NCBI RefSeq assembly: GCF_018350175.1
Contig: NC_058373.1
Span: 101,186,001-101,250,000 of the forward strand
Reading direction: 5' to 3'
Origin: Felis catus
Lineage: Eukaryota
DNA: 64,000 nucleotides
Within the stretch, counting starts at the first letter, position 1, and each line of letters opens with the position of its first letter. The translations under genes were made by a program, and so were the position numbers. Below the pieces are notes generated by a model. That model was not told where the DNA came from. It worked only from the letters and a program-made list of their open reading frames with translations, and ran no database searches. Of this stretch, positions 49,401 to 60,806 are shown piece by piece.

Positions 49401-51734
49401 ACCCACTGGTACTGCCATAAATTGCCCTTCCTCAGAGGGTACACATTCTCTTCCACCTGTCTGCAGATATCCATGCCAATGCCTCCCTCCCTAAGTTCTT
49501 CTCCTCTCTTCTTAAATAGCAATCATTCGATTCTCTCCCTCACCACCCCTCAGGCCCTTGCCCTCTGGTGTACCATGCACCACAACCCCAAACTAGGCTT
49601 TTTCCCAGGTGACATCTTCAGCCCTCCTCTCTCTCTATTTTAGTCCTGTTGCCAAGCCTTGGTTGAGACACAAATGAGAAGGGCCAAGACCAGGGGATGG
49701 GCTAGCTGCTAGGAATGCCTGGGCAAGACATCAGAGCGTGGTTCCATGAGGCCAAAGAGAAGCCAGGGGGCACGGCCGGAGGAGCCCAGTAAACCTCAGA
49801 GAGAATTCACAAACATCACTGCTGCCCCGTTCTTCCTAAGTGGGCTGCAGAAAACAGCTGAGAAAACTTGTTTTTTAAAGGAAGGAAGAGGAAGAGGAAA
49901 GGAAGAGGAAGAGGAAAGGAAAACAAAGGGAAAAAAGAAAAGAAGGAAGGAATGAAGGACAGAAGGATAGAAGATAAAGAAAGAGGCAGGGAAAGTTTTC
50001 CAGGACCAACCACTGGACATTAATCACCAGGTTTGAGGTAAGGCCTGGGAATCTGAACTGCTACCAGCTAAGTTTGCGACCCAACGCAAATGGACCCATT
50101 GCATGGTGTTCCAGAAGCCTCAGACAAATCCGAGATCAAAGCTCAAGGAAATTACCAAGGAGACAAAGCGTGAGAACCACAACAGGCCTGTGGTCTTTCG
50201 GGACACTGATTTCTTAGTTCACTCCTTCTAAAGGCCCAAGGGCCCCCCGGGTCCTTCCATTACTCGATTTGCAATCCCACCCACCTTGACAGTTGTCAGT
50301 TTGGGTAGCGCAGAAGCTCCGAGAGGAGGCTGCGGTAGGAGGCTGCCTCTCGTGAGGACAAGGATGTCACAACACTTTTCCAAGCTTCAGGCCAACGTCC
50401 CTCCCAAGCCACCAGATGTTGCAATTGGACTCATGCCTGCAAGCGTCCAGCACGGCTCAAACGGGGTTCTCAGCCTCCCCATTCATCTTGTGGGGCAGAG
50501 GAAGATGGAACATGGGATCCTGTTGGCAGTGGCCGGGAGGGTTTGCAGAGCAGACAGATGCTAACCTTCCTAGGTGGGGTTCAAGTGGTTCGTAGTAAAA
50601 GGCGAGTGAGCAGACAAAAGCACTCTGTACCCTCCCTTCAGCATGATTTCTTTAAGGCAGGTTTTCTGCTTGCATATTCCCCAGTTCTTTGTCCTAACTA
50701 GGAAGTGTCTGAGCCCCATCTTTGAGAGTAACCTTGCATCAGTTCTGGTCCTCACTGAGTGAAGCAAAACACCACAGTCTGCGTGGGGCATGTGAATTGT
50801 GCATTTGGGTGTTTCTCCTGGCCTGGGTCACCACGGATGTGCTGGAGTTCTTGGGAAGGTTTTGTCATTCTCCCAACAGCGAAGGTTCATTATCAAATAA
50901 ATCCAGTTCATTACATCAGCCAGGCACAAGACACCTGGGGAAAGTGCTACTATGTACGTGCGGCAATTATCCGGCATTTTCTGGGGCTCTTCTGTCTCCT
51001 TCAGCCCTCTGTTAGCCTCTCTACTTTTGTTCCACGTCAGGTGGAGCCTAATATCAGACATCTGGAGCAAGTTTAAAATGTAGGGAGGCACCTTCAGTGA
51101 CACAAAATAACTATACTTTATTTCTTGCTAACTTAGGTAGCAGAGGGACTCAGGTCACAAGTCCAACTTTTGGAACTCCTGAACTTGCCAATTCAAGTTC
51201 TCTAAGTGGGCTCAGGGCTCAGTGAGGCTGTCCTCACCTTTACTGATCTACTCCTCAGGTTCTGCTCCAGTATGGATCTTCAAGTCGCCCCATGCTAAAC
51301 CCTGGGAGACGGATAATTGTCCTTTCTGCTCTGGGACTGCCTCTGGGGCCAAAGCCCTGGCATAGACAGTGTGCGAGGACCCCATCTTAAGCACCCACCA
51401 GGACCTCACCCCCCATTGTGTCTCCAATCCTTCCTTCCTCACTGTTAGATGAAGTCATATTTCCTTTAGAGCTGGAAACCAGCCATCATTTCCAATTCTG
51501 TGGCTCGTAGTAAACGCTCTGTGTTCTCAGTCCACAGGGCTTCTGATGCTAAAAGCAGAATGTTTAGAATTCAAAATCCTTATTTTCTCTTCTAAGGCCC
51601 CAGTTCTGAACTTAAAGCTGTACAGCTTGGGTATGAAATATCGAACTGATTTTTTTCCCCAGCAGCCAGTTATTGAGGGCCTGCTCTATTCCATTCACAG
51701 GATTAAACACGCACACACGAATCAAACAGATCCC

Positions 51735-51893
51735 TGACTCTCTGCTCAGTGTGCGGTCCGTGGATCAGCAACATGGGCATCATCTGGGAAGGAGCCAGAG
51801 ATAGAGCATCTCTCAGATCTCACCCCAAACTTACTGCATTTTAGCAAGATGCCAAAGCAGATTCATGTGCACATGGACATGTGAGGAGCACCG
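51735..51893. mobile_element. MER5A-like (hAT-Charlie)
   Basis: GTGTGCGGTCC..GGATCAGCA.CAT...CTGCATTTTAGCAAGAT...GAGGAGCAC. Confidence 0.7.
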
Positions 51894-52955
51894 GCCTCTT
51901 GTCCACAGTATATACCTGTAGTTGACAAATGTGAAAAACAAGTGCCAAAATAAGTAAGAACTCCACCCGGAAGCACCAGGTTCTGACTAGAAACCAAGAC
52001 TTCCCCACCACACCTCTCCCTGTCCCATGCCTTGGTGCATTATTCTCCAGAGGGTCTACACATTTCAGTGTCAGGTCCCAGACCCCCATTCTTGCTCCCT
52101 CCCTGCCCAGTCCTATTAAACACAGGGCTGTGTGCAGAACAGAGAGCTCTGGAAGGCTTTGTTGGCGCCAGCTGAGACCCGATGTAGCATCTGTAAAGGA
52201 AGTGCTTTCCAAAGCCTATTTTAAATGTGTTTATTTATTTCTAATCCATAAACATTTTTGAGTGCTCACCACATGCAAAGCCCTAGGCTGGATGAATCAG
52301 GGAACACAGAATGGAATAAAACAACCTTAGGACATACCCTAAGCTTGCAATCTGGGTTGGGAAACAGATACTATTAATGTATAATTTGGGGTGGCTTTAA
52401 TGAAGATTATATTGGCTTTTATTTACATTACTATGGAGTAAACACTTACAACATTTATCCCTAAAGGTACTAGTAGGTCGATCAATCAGTCACACTGGAC
52501 TGTCAATACAAATATTGAGAATCAGTTTTGAGGTTAAACCAAGCAGTAGAACATTTAGAAAGGATTCACCATGATCAAAATATTTGTTAGGAATATTTCA
52601 GTAAGTCGATGCATTCTGAATGGAAGGAAGACTATTTATTACTAAAGCTAGTGGGTTCTGGTATTGTTTTTGTTGTTCTTGGGGTTGGAAATGGGATATT
52701 CTGGCTAATTTAATATTCTGATAAACTGAAAGTTACTGTATAGGAAGTGTGAAAACAAAGTCAATGAGATTGAGTCCACAAAGAAAATGAAATCTAGGTT
52801 CAGAACATTTTATTCATAGTTTATATATCATATTAAGAAGCAAAAATCCATAATCCTAAACCTATCTTGACTATCGTTCTCTTGTAATACATTTCTTAAA
52901 GCATTTTGAGATATTATAATATTTCAGGATCTTTTTAAAAATATTAAACAAAGGT

Positions 52956-53172
52956 GGGGTGCCTGGGTGGCGCAGTCGGTTAAGCATCTGACTTCAGCCA
53001 GGTCACGATCTCGCGGTCCCTGAGTTCCAGCCCCGCGTCAGGCTCTGGGCTGATGGCTCAGAGCCTGGAGCCTGTTTCCGATTCTGTGTCTCCCTCTCTC
53101 TCTGCCCCTCCCCCGTTCATGCTCTGTCTCTCTCTGTCCCAAAAATAAATAAATGTTGAAAAAAAATTAAAA
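52956..53172 (+). mobile_element. Young SINEC_Fc
   Basis: TSD AAAAATATTAAACAAAG at 52937-52953 and 53173-53189. Confidence 0.97.
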
Positions 53173-53212
53173 AAAAATATTAAACAAAGCTAAAATGATA
53201 TTTTAAAAAAAA

Positions 53213-53396
53213 TGTTTTTAATGTTTATTTTTGAGAGGGGGAGGGGCAGAGAGAGAAAGAGACACAGAATCTGAAGCAGGGTCCAGGCTCCAATTTGTCA
53301 GCACAGAGCCTGACGCGGGGTTTGAACTCACAAACCATGGGATCATGACCTAAGCCAAAGTTGGATTCTTAACCAACTGAGCCACCCAGGAGACCC
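53213..53396 (-). mobile_element. Can-SINE
   Basis: Reverse-complement SINE flanked by CTAAAATGAT. Confidence 0.95.
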
Positions 53397-53407
53397 TAAA
53401 ATGATCT

Positions 53408-53408
53408 T

Positions 53409-53448
<40 letters not shown>

Positions 53449-53666
53449 TTAACGTTTATTTATTTTTTGAGAGACAGAGAGAGAGACAGAGCATGGGTAG
53501 GGTAGGGGCAGAGAGAGAGAGAGAGAGAGAGTCACAGAATCTGAAGCAGGCTCCAGGCTCTGAGCTGTCAGCACAGAGCCCAATATGGGGCTCAAACTCA
53601 CAAACTGTGAGATCGTGACCTAAGCCAAAGTTGGATTCTTAACCAACTGAGCCACCCAGGCATCCC
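53408..53666 (-). mobile_element. Can-SINE with (TTTA)n tail
   Basis: Flanked by CTAA(A/G)ATGATCTTATT. Confidence 0.95.
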
Positions 53667-54290
53667 TAAGATGATCTTATTTTTTAAATGATTTGTCTTT
53701 CTCGTTATTTGGAGTTTAGAAACTGAGAGCTTACTATATTTAAATGCAACTTACCAATAAGAAATCCATATTTTGGTTACCAATAATTATACAAGTGCCA
53801 GAAAACAAACTATATTCCAAATGAAGAATTATTCATCCTCTTTAATTTACAAGGAAATAAACTTTTCAAAAACAAACAGGAATAAAATCAGTGATTAACT
53901 TTTGCAGTTAAATTGCATCCAGAAAATGGGAGAAATTATTTTCAAGACTATAATAGAAACAAGCAGTAAGTCCAGAGTTAGAAATCTCTATGCAAAGAAA
54001 AAATCCTCAATCCTAAATTATTAGCAAAAATTCCAAAGAAACAACACTAATTATCTAGAGATTACTGAATGCAAATCATCAGTGGTAGGAATACACCATA
54101 GAGAAAGGTAGGGAAATTTGTTATTAACTATTTAAGGGAACTGATCTCAAGTCCATAGAAATAAAAATAAATTTTCCATACATATATTGCCTATTTCCTT
54201 AAAGTTGGAAAAATGATGTTAAATTGGGGAGCAGGAGAGAAAAATCTTTAAGATCAAAATGAGAAAATTTTAAATTAAATAAAGATTGTG

Positions 54291-54498
54291 GACTTGAATG
54301 TTGCTAAAACAATAGATTTTAAATGTTCTCACCACAAAAAAGACACGGTAAGCAGTTGCTACATGCCTAATGGAAGCAGTGGCATATAAGGCTGTAATCA
54401 TTTTGCAACTTATAAATGTATCAAATCATCAGGTTGTATACCTTAAACTAGCACAATTCTATGCATCCATTGTATCTCAATAAAGTTGGAAGGGAAAA
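54291..54498 (+). mobile_element. L1MA-type 3' end
   Basis: TAGATTTTAAATGTTCTCACCAC...TATACCTTAAACT...TATCTCAATAAAG. Confidence 0.8.
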
Positions 54499-54605
54499 GA
54501 TAAAGCTCACAGCAGTCCTCCAAAAGGCCTGCCCTCAAGAAGGCTGTATTTTTAAATATGTTTTTTAGTAAATGAGTTTATCACCTTACAATTTTTTTAA
54601 TGTTG

Positions 54606-54608
<3 letters not shown>

Positions 54609-54644
<36 letters not shown>
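54609..54644. repeat. (AC)18 microsatellite
   Basis: Read directly. Confidence 0.98.
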
Positions 54645-54647
<3 letters not shown>

Positions 54648-54832
54648 GACTCCCACAAGTTGGATCAACTTTCTGATGCAATTGCCTACAATTGACTATT
54701 TGATTCATAAATACAAAATGTGATAGCTTTCCTGATAACACAAAAAGTAGCAAAAATCCTGTTTTATACGATTTTTTAAGTTTCTCTCTTCATTTAACTT
54801 TTTAAAATATAGTAATATTAATTTTATATTTT

Positions 54833-55054
54833 TCAAAAATTTTATTTTTTTTACACTTATTTATTTTTGAGAAACAGAGTGAGACAAAGCGTGAGCGGGG
54901 AGGGGCAGAGAGAGAAGGAGACACAGAATCCGAAGCAGGCTCCAGGCTCTAAGCTGCCAGCACAGAGCGGATGTGGGGCTGGAACCCATGAACTGTGAGA
55001 TCATGACCTCAGCTGAAGTCCGAGGCTCAACCGACTGAGCCACCCAGGCGCCCC
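54833..55054 (-). mobile_element. Can-SINE
   Basis: TAATTTTATATTTTT flanks both sides. Confidence 0.95.
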
Positions 55055-55412
55055 TAATTTTATATTTTTAGTGAGGAGCATGGATTCACACTTAGGAGGT
55101 TGAAGAATACTTTTGAAACCCTTAACACAAAACGATAAAGGGGATTTTGTTACAAGCTGAAATCAGCAAAGATTGTGATAGGCATATTGCTTTCCCACAG
55201 TGAACCTCAGAGAGGGGGAAAAAGGTAAAATTTTGAAAACTCAAGAATATCTCAATTATGGTGACAGGATCAGAGAAAAGTGACCTTTCAAACTGCCCCT
55301 GCCCACAACCATACATCAACCACTATGTTCTGCCAACTGGAAGGGGAGGTGAAACCAGGGACATATTGCTCTGACCAAGACTTATTTTCACCTGAAGAGG
55401 AGGGGCATTTTT

Positions 55413-55589
55413 CTGATTGGCCCGCCCAGAGGGAGTGGCTTTTGCTGATTGGCCCGCACAGACCAATGGGTCCCCATAACCTTGGACAAGTGCTTACTCT
55501 CCCTAGACTTGAGGGGCTTTTTGTCTCCACTGCCTCTCCTCTTTCCCCCTACATTTCACCCCCCTCCCTCCCACCCCTGCTTTATAAAA
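55413..55589. promoter_or_regulatory. Promoter- or LTR-like module: three CCAAT boxes, a GC box and TATAAAA
   Basis: CTGATTGGCCCGC at 55413-55425 and 55445-55457; CCAAT at 55463; CCCGCCC at 55421; TATAAAA at 55583. Confidence 0.4.
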
Positions 55590-55953
55590 TGAACTCTTTG
55601 TAGCCTGTTATCGCCAAGATTTGTTCTTGCCCCAAATTCTATGACCCTATGGTCTTGTCTCTTTGTGTAATCTTTCCCTTGCTTATTTGATTCATCGCAG
55701 AGGATGGTTCATATGAAAATACTGGCAGTGTAATGCTGACTCTGCATTTTCAGCCTCATAAGAAATGACTAGGTCTTATTAGCATGTTTCTCTCCCCACT
55801 GAAATTGTAAGCTCCTTTATACTTAGCAAAGCGTCAGTCATACCGTCGGTTTTAAATAAATATTCAATTGTTCGAATGAGGGAAATATCTTGAATCAGTG
55901 AGTATCTTGCCTGTTACTCAGACTTCTTTTTACATTCCTATCTTAAAAATATA

Positions 55954-56262
55954 GAGTAGTGCCATCCATAGAAATATAACGTGAGCCAAGTTATATAATT
56001 TCAAAACTCTAGTAGCTATGTTAATAAAAGCAAAAAGATACAGCTGAATTAATTTTCTTATGTAACCCAATGTGTCCAAAATATTATTTCAACATGTAAT
56101 CACTATAAATGTTATTCATAAAATAGTTTGCATTTTTTTACATTAAATCTTTAAAATCGAGAGTGTATTGAACAATCGAGTATACATTTCAGTATGGACT
56201 AGCCATATTTTAAGTGCCCAAGAGCCACAAATAACTAGTGGCTACTATACTAGACAGCACAG
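55954..56262 (+). mobile_element. MER33 (hAT-Charlie)
   Basis: ATAGAAATATAA.GTGAGCCA...TTTCAACATGTAATCA...CTAGTGGCTAC...GACAGCACAG. Confidence 0.88.
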
Positions 56263-56334
56263 ATCCAGGGTATAAGATTAGTAAGATGTATAAAGAAAGA
56301 TGCATGTTCTCTTGCAATTTCACAAATACTCTCT

Positions 56335-56338
<4 letters not shown>

Positions 56339-56374
<36 letters not shown>
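56339..56374. repeat. (CA)18 microsatellite
   Basis: Read directly. Confidence 0.98.
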
Positions 56375-56377
<3 letters not shown>

Positions 56378-58429
56378 CTCATTTTAAAAGTCAAGTTTAG
56401 TGCTTACAGAGAAAGGTTAAATACCCGGGGCCATGTAGCTCTAACCTATAAAGAACTCTGCAGAAGTTGTAACCAGTGCCCTGTTGTTGTTTACTGTGTG
56501 CAAAGTGCATCAGTGCGTGTGGTGTCTGTGATGCTAAGACTGTGTCCCAACTGGGATAGACAGCTTCTTAGGGCGCCATCCCATAAAGCCTAATCATCAA
56601 TATGGGCTATTATTTTCAAGGTAACTACCCAAAGCCCCACATATTGGTGATGGCATTTATAGAGGCCGGCTAATTTTCTGAGAGGTAATTTTGACATCTG
56701 GTAACTGAGAAGTTTTGAGGCTCTCATAATACAAAATCAGTTTTTAAATCTTCTCCATTGTCATCGAACACGACCTCCTTATCCACAGAGTATAAATCGT
56801 GTGTTGTTCTCATGACCCTCTTCCCGTTCAAACATGCCTTCACTGTTCTTTTCAACTTCACTCTACCCCCATAAAAACCTGCAGCGGAGAGGCAGACGTG
56901 GCCTTCCCAGAACTCTATACTTCCCAAGCTAATGTTCTTCATTCTGTGCCCTCAAATAGCCTATGGGTCAGCTTCACAGTGACTTTTACAGTGAGTCTGC
57001 CCTCTCTTCTCCCCTGGTCTCACTTTTCTCCCACCATTCTTTCTGGAATCCAACCTCCTGAGGGCTGTTAGTAAAATATGGACATAGTTCTGGAAACCGA
57101 CAAGCCATTGGGAGTGTGGGACCGTGATGGAAACAATCTGAAAGCGAGGGGCAAAGTGGGAACAACTCCCAGCACTTTGCACTATAGAGAGGTCAAAATG
57201 TGGGCTACAAATCAAATTTGTCCTTGGCTGGATCCACAATTATAAGATACCTGAGCCCAAGGGCTTTAGAGCATCTGTCTGCCATTTGAGCCCAGAACAA
57301 GCTGCTTGGATATTGAGACTGGTCCTCCAATTAGCAACAATTGAGCCGGGATGAGAGCTGTGCTATCCTTTTTCCTTTCCTCAATTTTGTTATTCTAGCC
57401 GCTGTCATCGCCATTCACATCCACTCACAGACTGTACATAGTAAAGGAGCTCCATTCAAGTGTTGTATCCAATCTACTTTGCAGCCCAGCTAATGTGAAT
57501 TTATGGAAACCAATGGTAAATACAAATGTGCTGCGTTCCCCCTCGCCATGGGATGTTAGTGGATATTTACATTTAGAAGTTTAACACATCCTGGCCTTCA
57601 TCCAATATTCTCTAACATTCTCTAAACAGCCCCGGTTTACTAAAACCTATGGTTAGCATGTCTAAAGAGAGGACCAAAGCGGGACGTTAGGAAGCAGTTA
57701 TAAATATAAACCACCTTTGAAGATTTACACAGGGCTTTTGTTAGTAAATTTAGAGAGTTGTGTATGCTAGAGCTCGAGTTTTGCCTATATGCTTAGAAAC
57801 TAACAGAAGCATGCAGGGAAATCATCTGTTTTGTTGGCTTCCACCTCCACCCCTACCCTTTCCAACTTTTGAATTAAGAAAGAAAGGCGGCCAACCAAGA
57901 ACCAAATGCAGTTATAACTGAATGAGTTTTCAGTATTACCTATCAGTAAAATACACACAGAAAGCAAAAAAAAAAAAAATTAAATTAAAATCCCTGGGTT
58001 TATCAGTTCGTATTTTACATTTTTCCCCCAAGGAGCTTAAATCATTAAACTGAGTAACAGCACTTGAGCCATCAATATTTAAGGTATATGAAATACTTCC
58101 TCTTCCAGGTTGTTTGCCTACTCCAGGACCTTTGCTTTTCTGTATAAATTTTAGAATTTATATGTCAGTTTTTATCCCCCAAAAATCCAGTTAGAATTGT
58201 GATCGGGCTCACACTGACTCTAGAGACCAATCTGCAGAGGACTGACAATGAAAAAATACTGGATTTTTAACCCACGGGCATATAAATATATATATTCTAC
58301 ATTTATCTGAGGCTTCGTTAATTTTATTTCCGCAGTGGTTTATAGTTTGCAGGGTAGAAGTCTTCTGTGCCTTTTGTGAAATTTATCCCTAAGTATTTTA
58401 TGCTTTTAGAAGTTATCACATCATCACAT

Positions 58430-58537
58430 CATCAAATGTGATGTGGAATATTTTTTATTTCCACTCTTCAAATATTTTTTATTTCCACTCATCAAATGTG
58501 ATGTGGAATTTTTTTTTATTTCACTCTTCAAATATTT
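58430..58537. repeat. Local 60-bp-period duplication with an internal 24-bp repeat, inside an old L1-like fragment
   Basis: CATCAAATGTGATGTGGAAT at 58430 and 58490; AATATTTTTTATTTCCACTC occurs twice exactly. Confidence 0.9.
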
Positions 58538-59319
58538 GCCTGAGAAAGATAAATCCATACCCTGAATCCTCTTCCAATCCTCGAGCTAGGCACCTTTTCC
58601 ACGATGACCTCCTCGCCCTCCTGGTTGCTTCAAGACCTCTCTCTGCCTAGATTCTCTGCCCTTACTTCTCTACTCCATCTCTAGCTAAGTCTCTCCTGGG
58701 TACGTTTTGCTAATCCAATGTCCTTCCTCCAGTTTGCTGCCAGCTGCTTGAGTTTTTGTCTTGTTTTGTTTTTGTTTGGTGGGAGGGCATACACAGGAAT
58801 CCTTGGGTCAGATGAAAAAGATTCAAAAAGTACTGCTGTAAGAAAACAGACAGAGTGCTCATGTAAACATAGTCCATTGCCTTCCACGGATGCATGCTGG
58901 GAATGTATCATCAAATTAGCAAATGCCCCCTCTTGGGCGTATGCACACTGCGGAAAGAGTCCATTCCCTGTGGCCTGTCTCCCCTTAATTGTCCCTTTGC
59001 TGCCTCTATTTTCTGGCGAAGTGATGATGTGATAATGCATTTGTGTATGAATCACTAGCCAGGTAGAACAGAGCAAAACATGAAAGGTAAACAAATCCCT
59101 CAGGGTCTGGAGTTGACATTTCAAAAATCAAAACAAGGTTGGTTAACTTCTTCCTAGCAGCTAAGTTTCCCCAGGGTCGAAGTGAGGATCCACAGGAGAA
59201 CTGAGGCAGAGCCCCTTCGTTAGTGGTAGTACATTTTCAATGGCATTTATTAATATAACCTCTGCTTAGCTCACTGAGCATTGGTGAAGAAAAGACCCTC
59301 CTACCCATTCCCCATCCCA

Positions 59320-59324
<5 letters not shown>

Positions 59325-59362
<38 letters not shown>
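59325..59362. repeat. (CA)19 microsatellite
   Basis: Read directly. Confidence 0.98.
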
Positions 59363-59366
<4 letters not shown>

Positions 59367-59639
59367 GGACAGGACAGGCAGCTCTCTGGGCTCCCGATCT
59401 TTACCAAAGAGACTGCCGTGTCTGGAGCAGTTGCTTGAAGTTTTTAATCCTTTGAGAGCACCCTACTGCCTTCTCAATACTCAGCCACCTTTACTGCTAG
59501 TTCTCACTGATGTCACAGAGACTCCTTGTCTGGGAACTGTTTCATTCCCCAACTTAATGTTTGACATTTGTAGTTAATGCTTACTTCTGCCATCATCTTC
59601 ATGGCCCACAGAAGTGAAATTATCCCACAATGAGAAGAG

Positions 59640-59875
59640 TTAGCGTTTGTGGGGCACTCACAACGTGTCAGGCACTCCTCAAATGGTTTTAATAAAACCA
59701 ATTCCATCCTCACAGCAACACCACGAGATAGATACCATTAGAGTCCCCATTTGATAGATATGAAAATCAAGGCACAGAACAGTTAAGGTCCCACAGCTGG
59801 AAAGTGGCACCACAGAGATTCAAATCGAAGTAATTTGGCCTCAGAGTGCTCACTCCTAACCACAACACATACTGT
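59640..59875 (-). mobile_element. MIR
   Basis: ATCCTCACAGCAAC...CCCCATTTGATAGAT..GAAAATCAAGGCACAGA. Confidence 0.8.
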
Positions 59876-60028
59876 CTCTTCCTATGTACAAAAAAGATAC
59901 TACAAAGTTAATCCAAATAACATTCTTTTACAATCTTCACTCTTGACAATTTCTATTCATAAGCAATATTTGCCCAGATATTTGGTGCCAGCTGTAGAGC
60001 TCATTACAAATACCTTGGCTGTGTGGGG

Positions 60029-60237
60029 TTTTTTCAATAATTTTTTTATGTTTATTTTTGAGAGAGAGATACAGAGCATGAGCAGGGGGGGTGGGCAGAG
60101 AGAGAGATGGAGACACAGAATCTGAAACAGGCTCCAGGCTCTGAGCTGTCAGCACAGAGGGCTCCAACTCGGGAACGGTGAGATCATGACGTGAGCCAAA
60201 GTCAGATGCTTAACCAACTGAGCCACCCAGGCACCCC
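60029..60237 (-). mobile_element. Can-SINE
   Basis: Full structure in reverse complement. Confidence 0.95.
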
Positions 60238-60586
60238 ATATGCAAGATTTTGAGTGATGGCTGATTCCCAGACCTCTCTGTGGAATACCAAAGCCCCAAA
60301 CGGGAGAGAGAAAACAGGAGACAAGAGAAGGAGGGGACAGGGAGAGAACAAAAGACATGCACACAGAAACAGAGACAGAGATGGAGAGTAATGACCCAGA
60401 GACACCGAGAGGATTGCGAGAAATGGATCAGCCAGAGGCCAGAGAGAACAGCAGCTAGAACAATCAAGGAGATGCCCAAAGGAAACTTGATAAATCTTGG
60501 GAAAAGTCTAGCATACACACAATTGCTGTGGAGCAGGGAGACCTAAAAGAATGTGCTGTTTGGGCTCGAGGTAAAAGGGGGAACCA

Positions 60587-60806
60587 GGGGGCGCCTGGGT
60601 GGCTCAGTCGGTTGGGCGGCCGACTTCGGCTCGGGTCATGATCTCGCAGTCCGTGAGTTCGAGCCCCGCGTCGGGCTCTGTGCTGACCACTCAGAGTCTG
60701 GAGCCTGTTTCCGATTCTGTGTCTCCCTCTCTCTGACCCTCCCCTGTTCATGCTCTGTCTCTCTCTGTCTCAAAAATAAATAAACGTTAAAAAAAAATTT
60801 AAAAAA
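60587..60806 (+). mobile_element. Young CpG-rich SINEC_Fc
   Basis: AAAAG(n)AACCAGG flanks both sides. Confidence 0.97.

Noticed and set aside
56724..56878. Protein-like terminal peptide (…DKEVVFDDNGEDLKTDFVL*) after a minus-strand acceptor
   Set aside because: Unrecognised and unlinked; ORFs of this length are common by chance. The same applies to similar ones at ~19615-19676 and ~34427-34541
957..60783. Many similar ORFs (e.g. MAQLVK..SAQVMIS..., ERERER, SLSLSL)
   Set aside because: They are translations of Can-SINE bodies and (CT)n linkers, not a gene family
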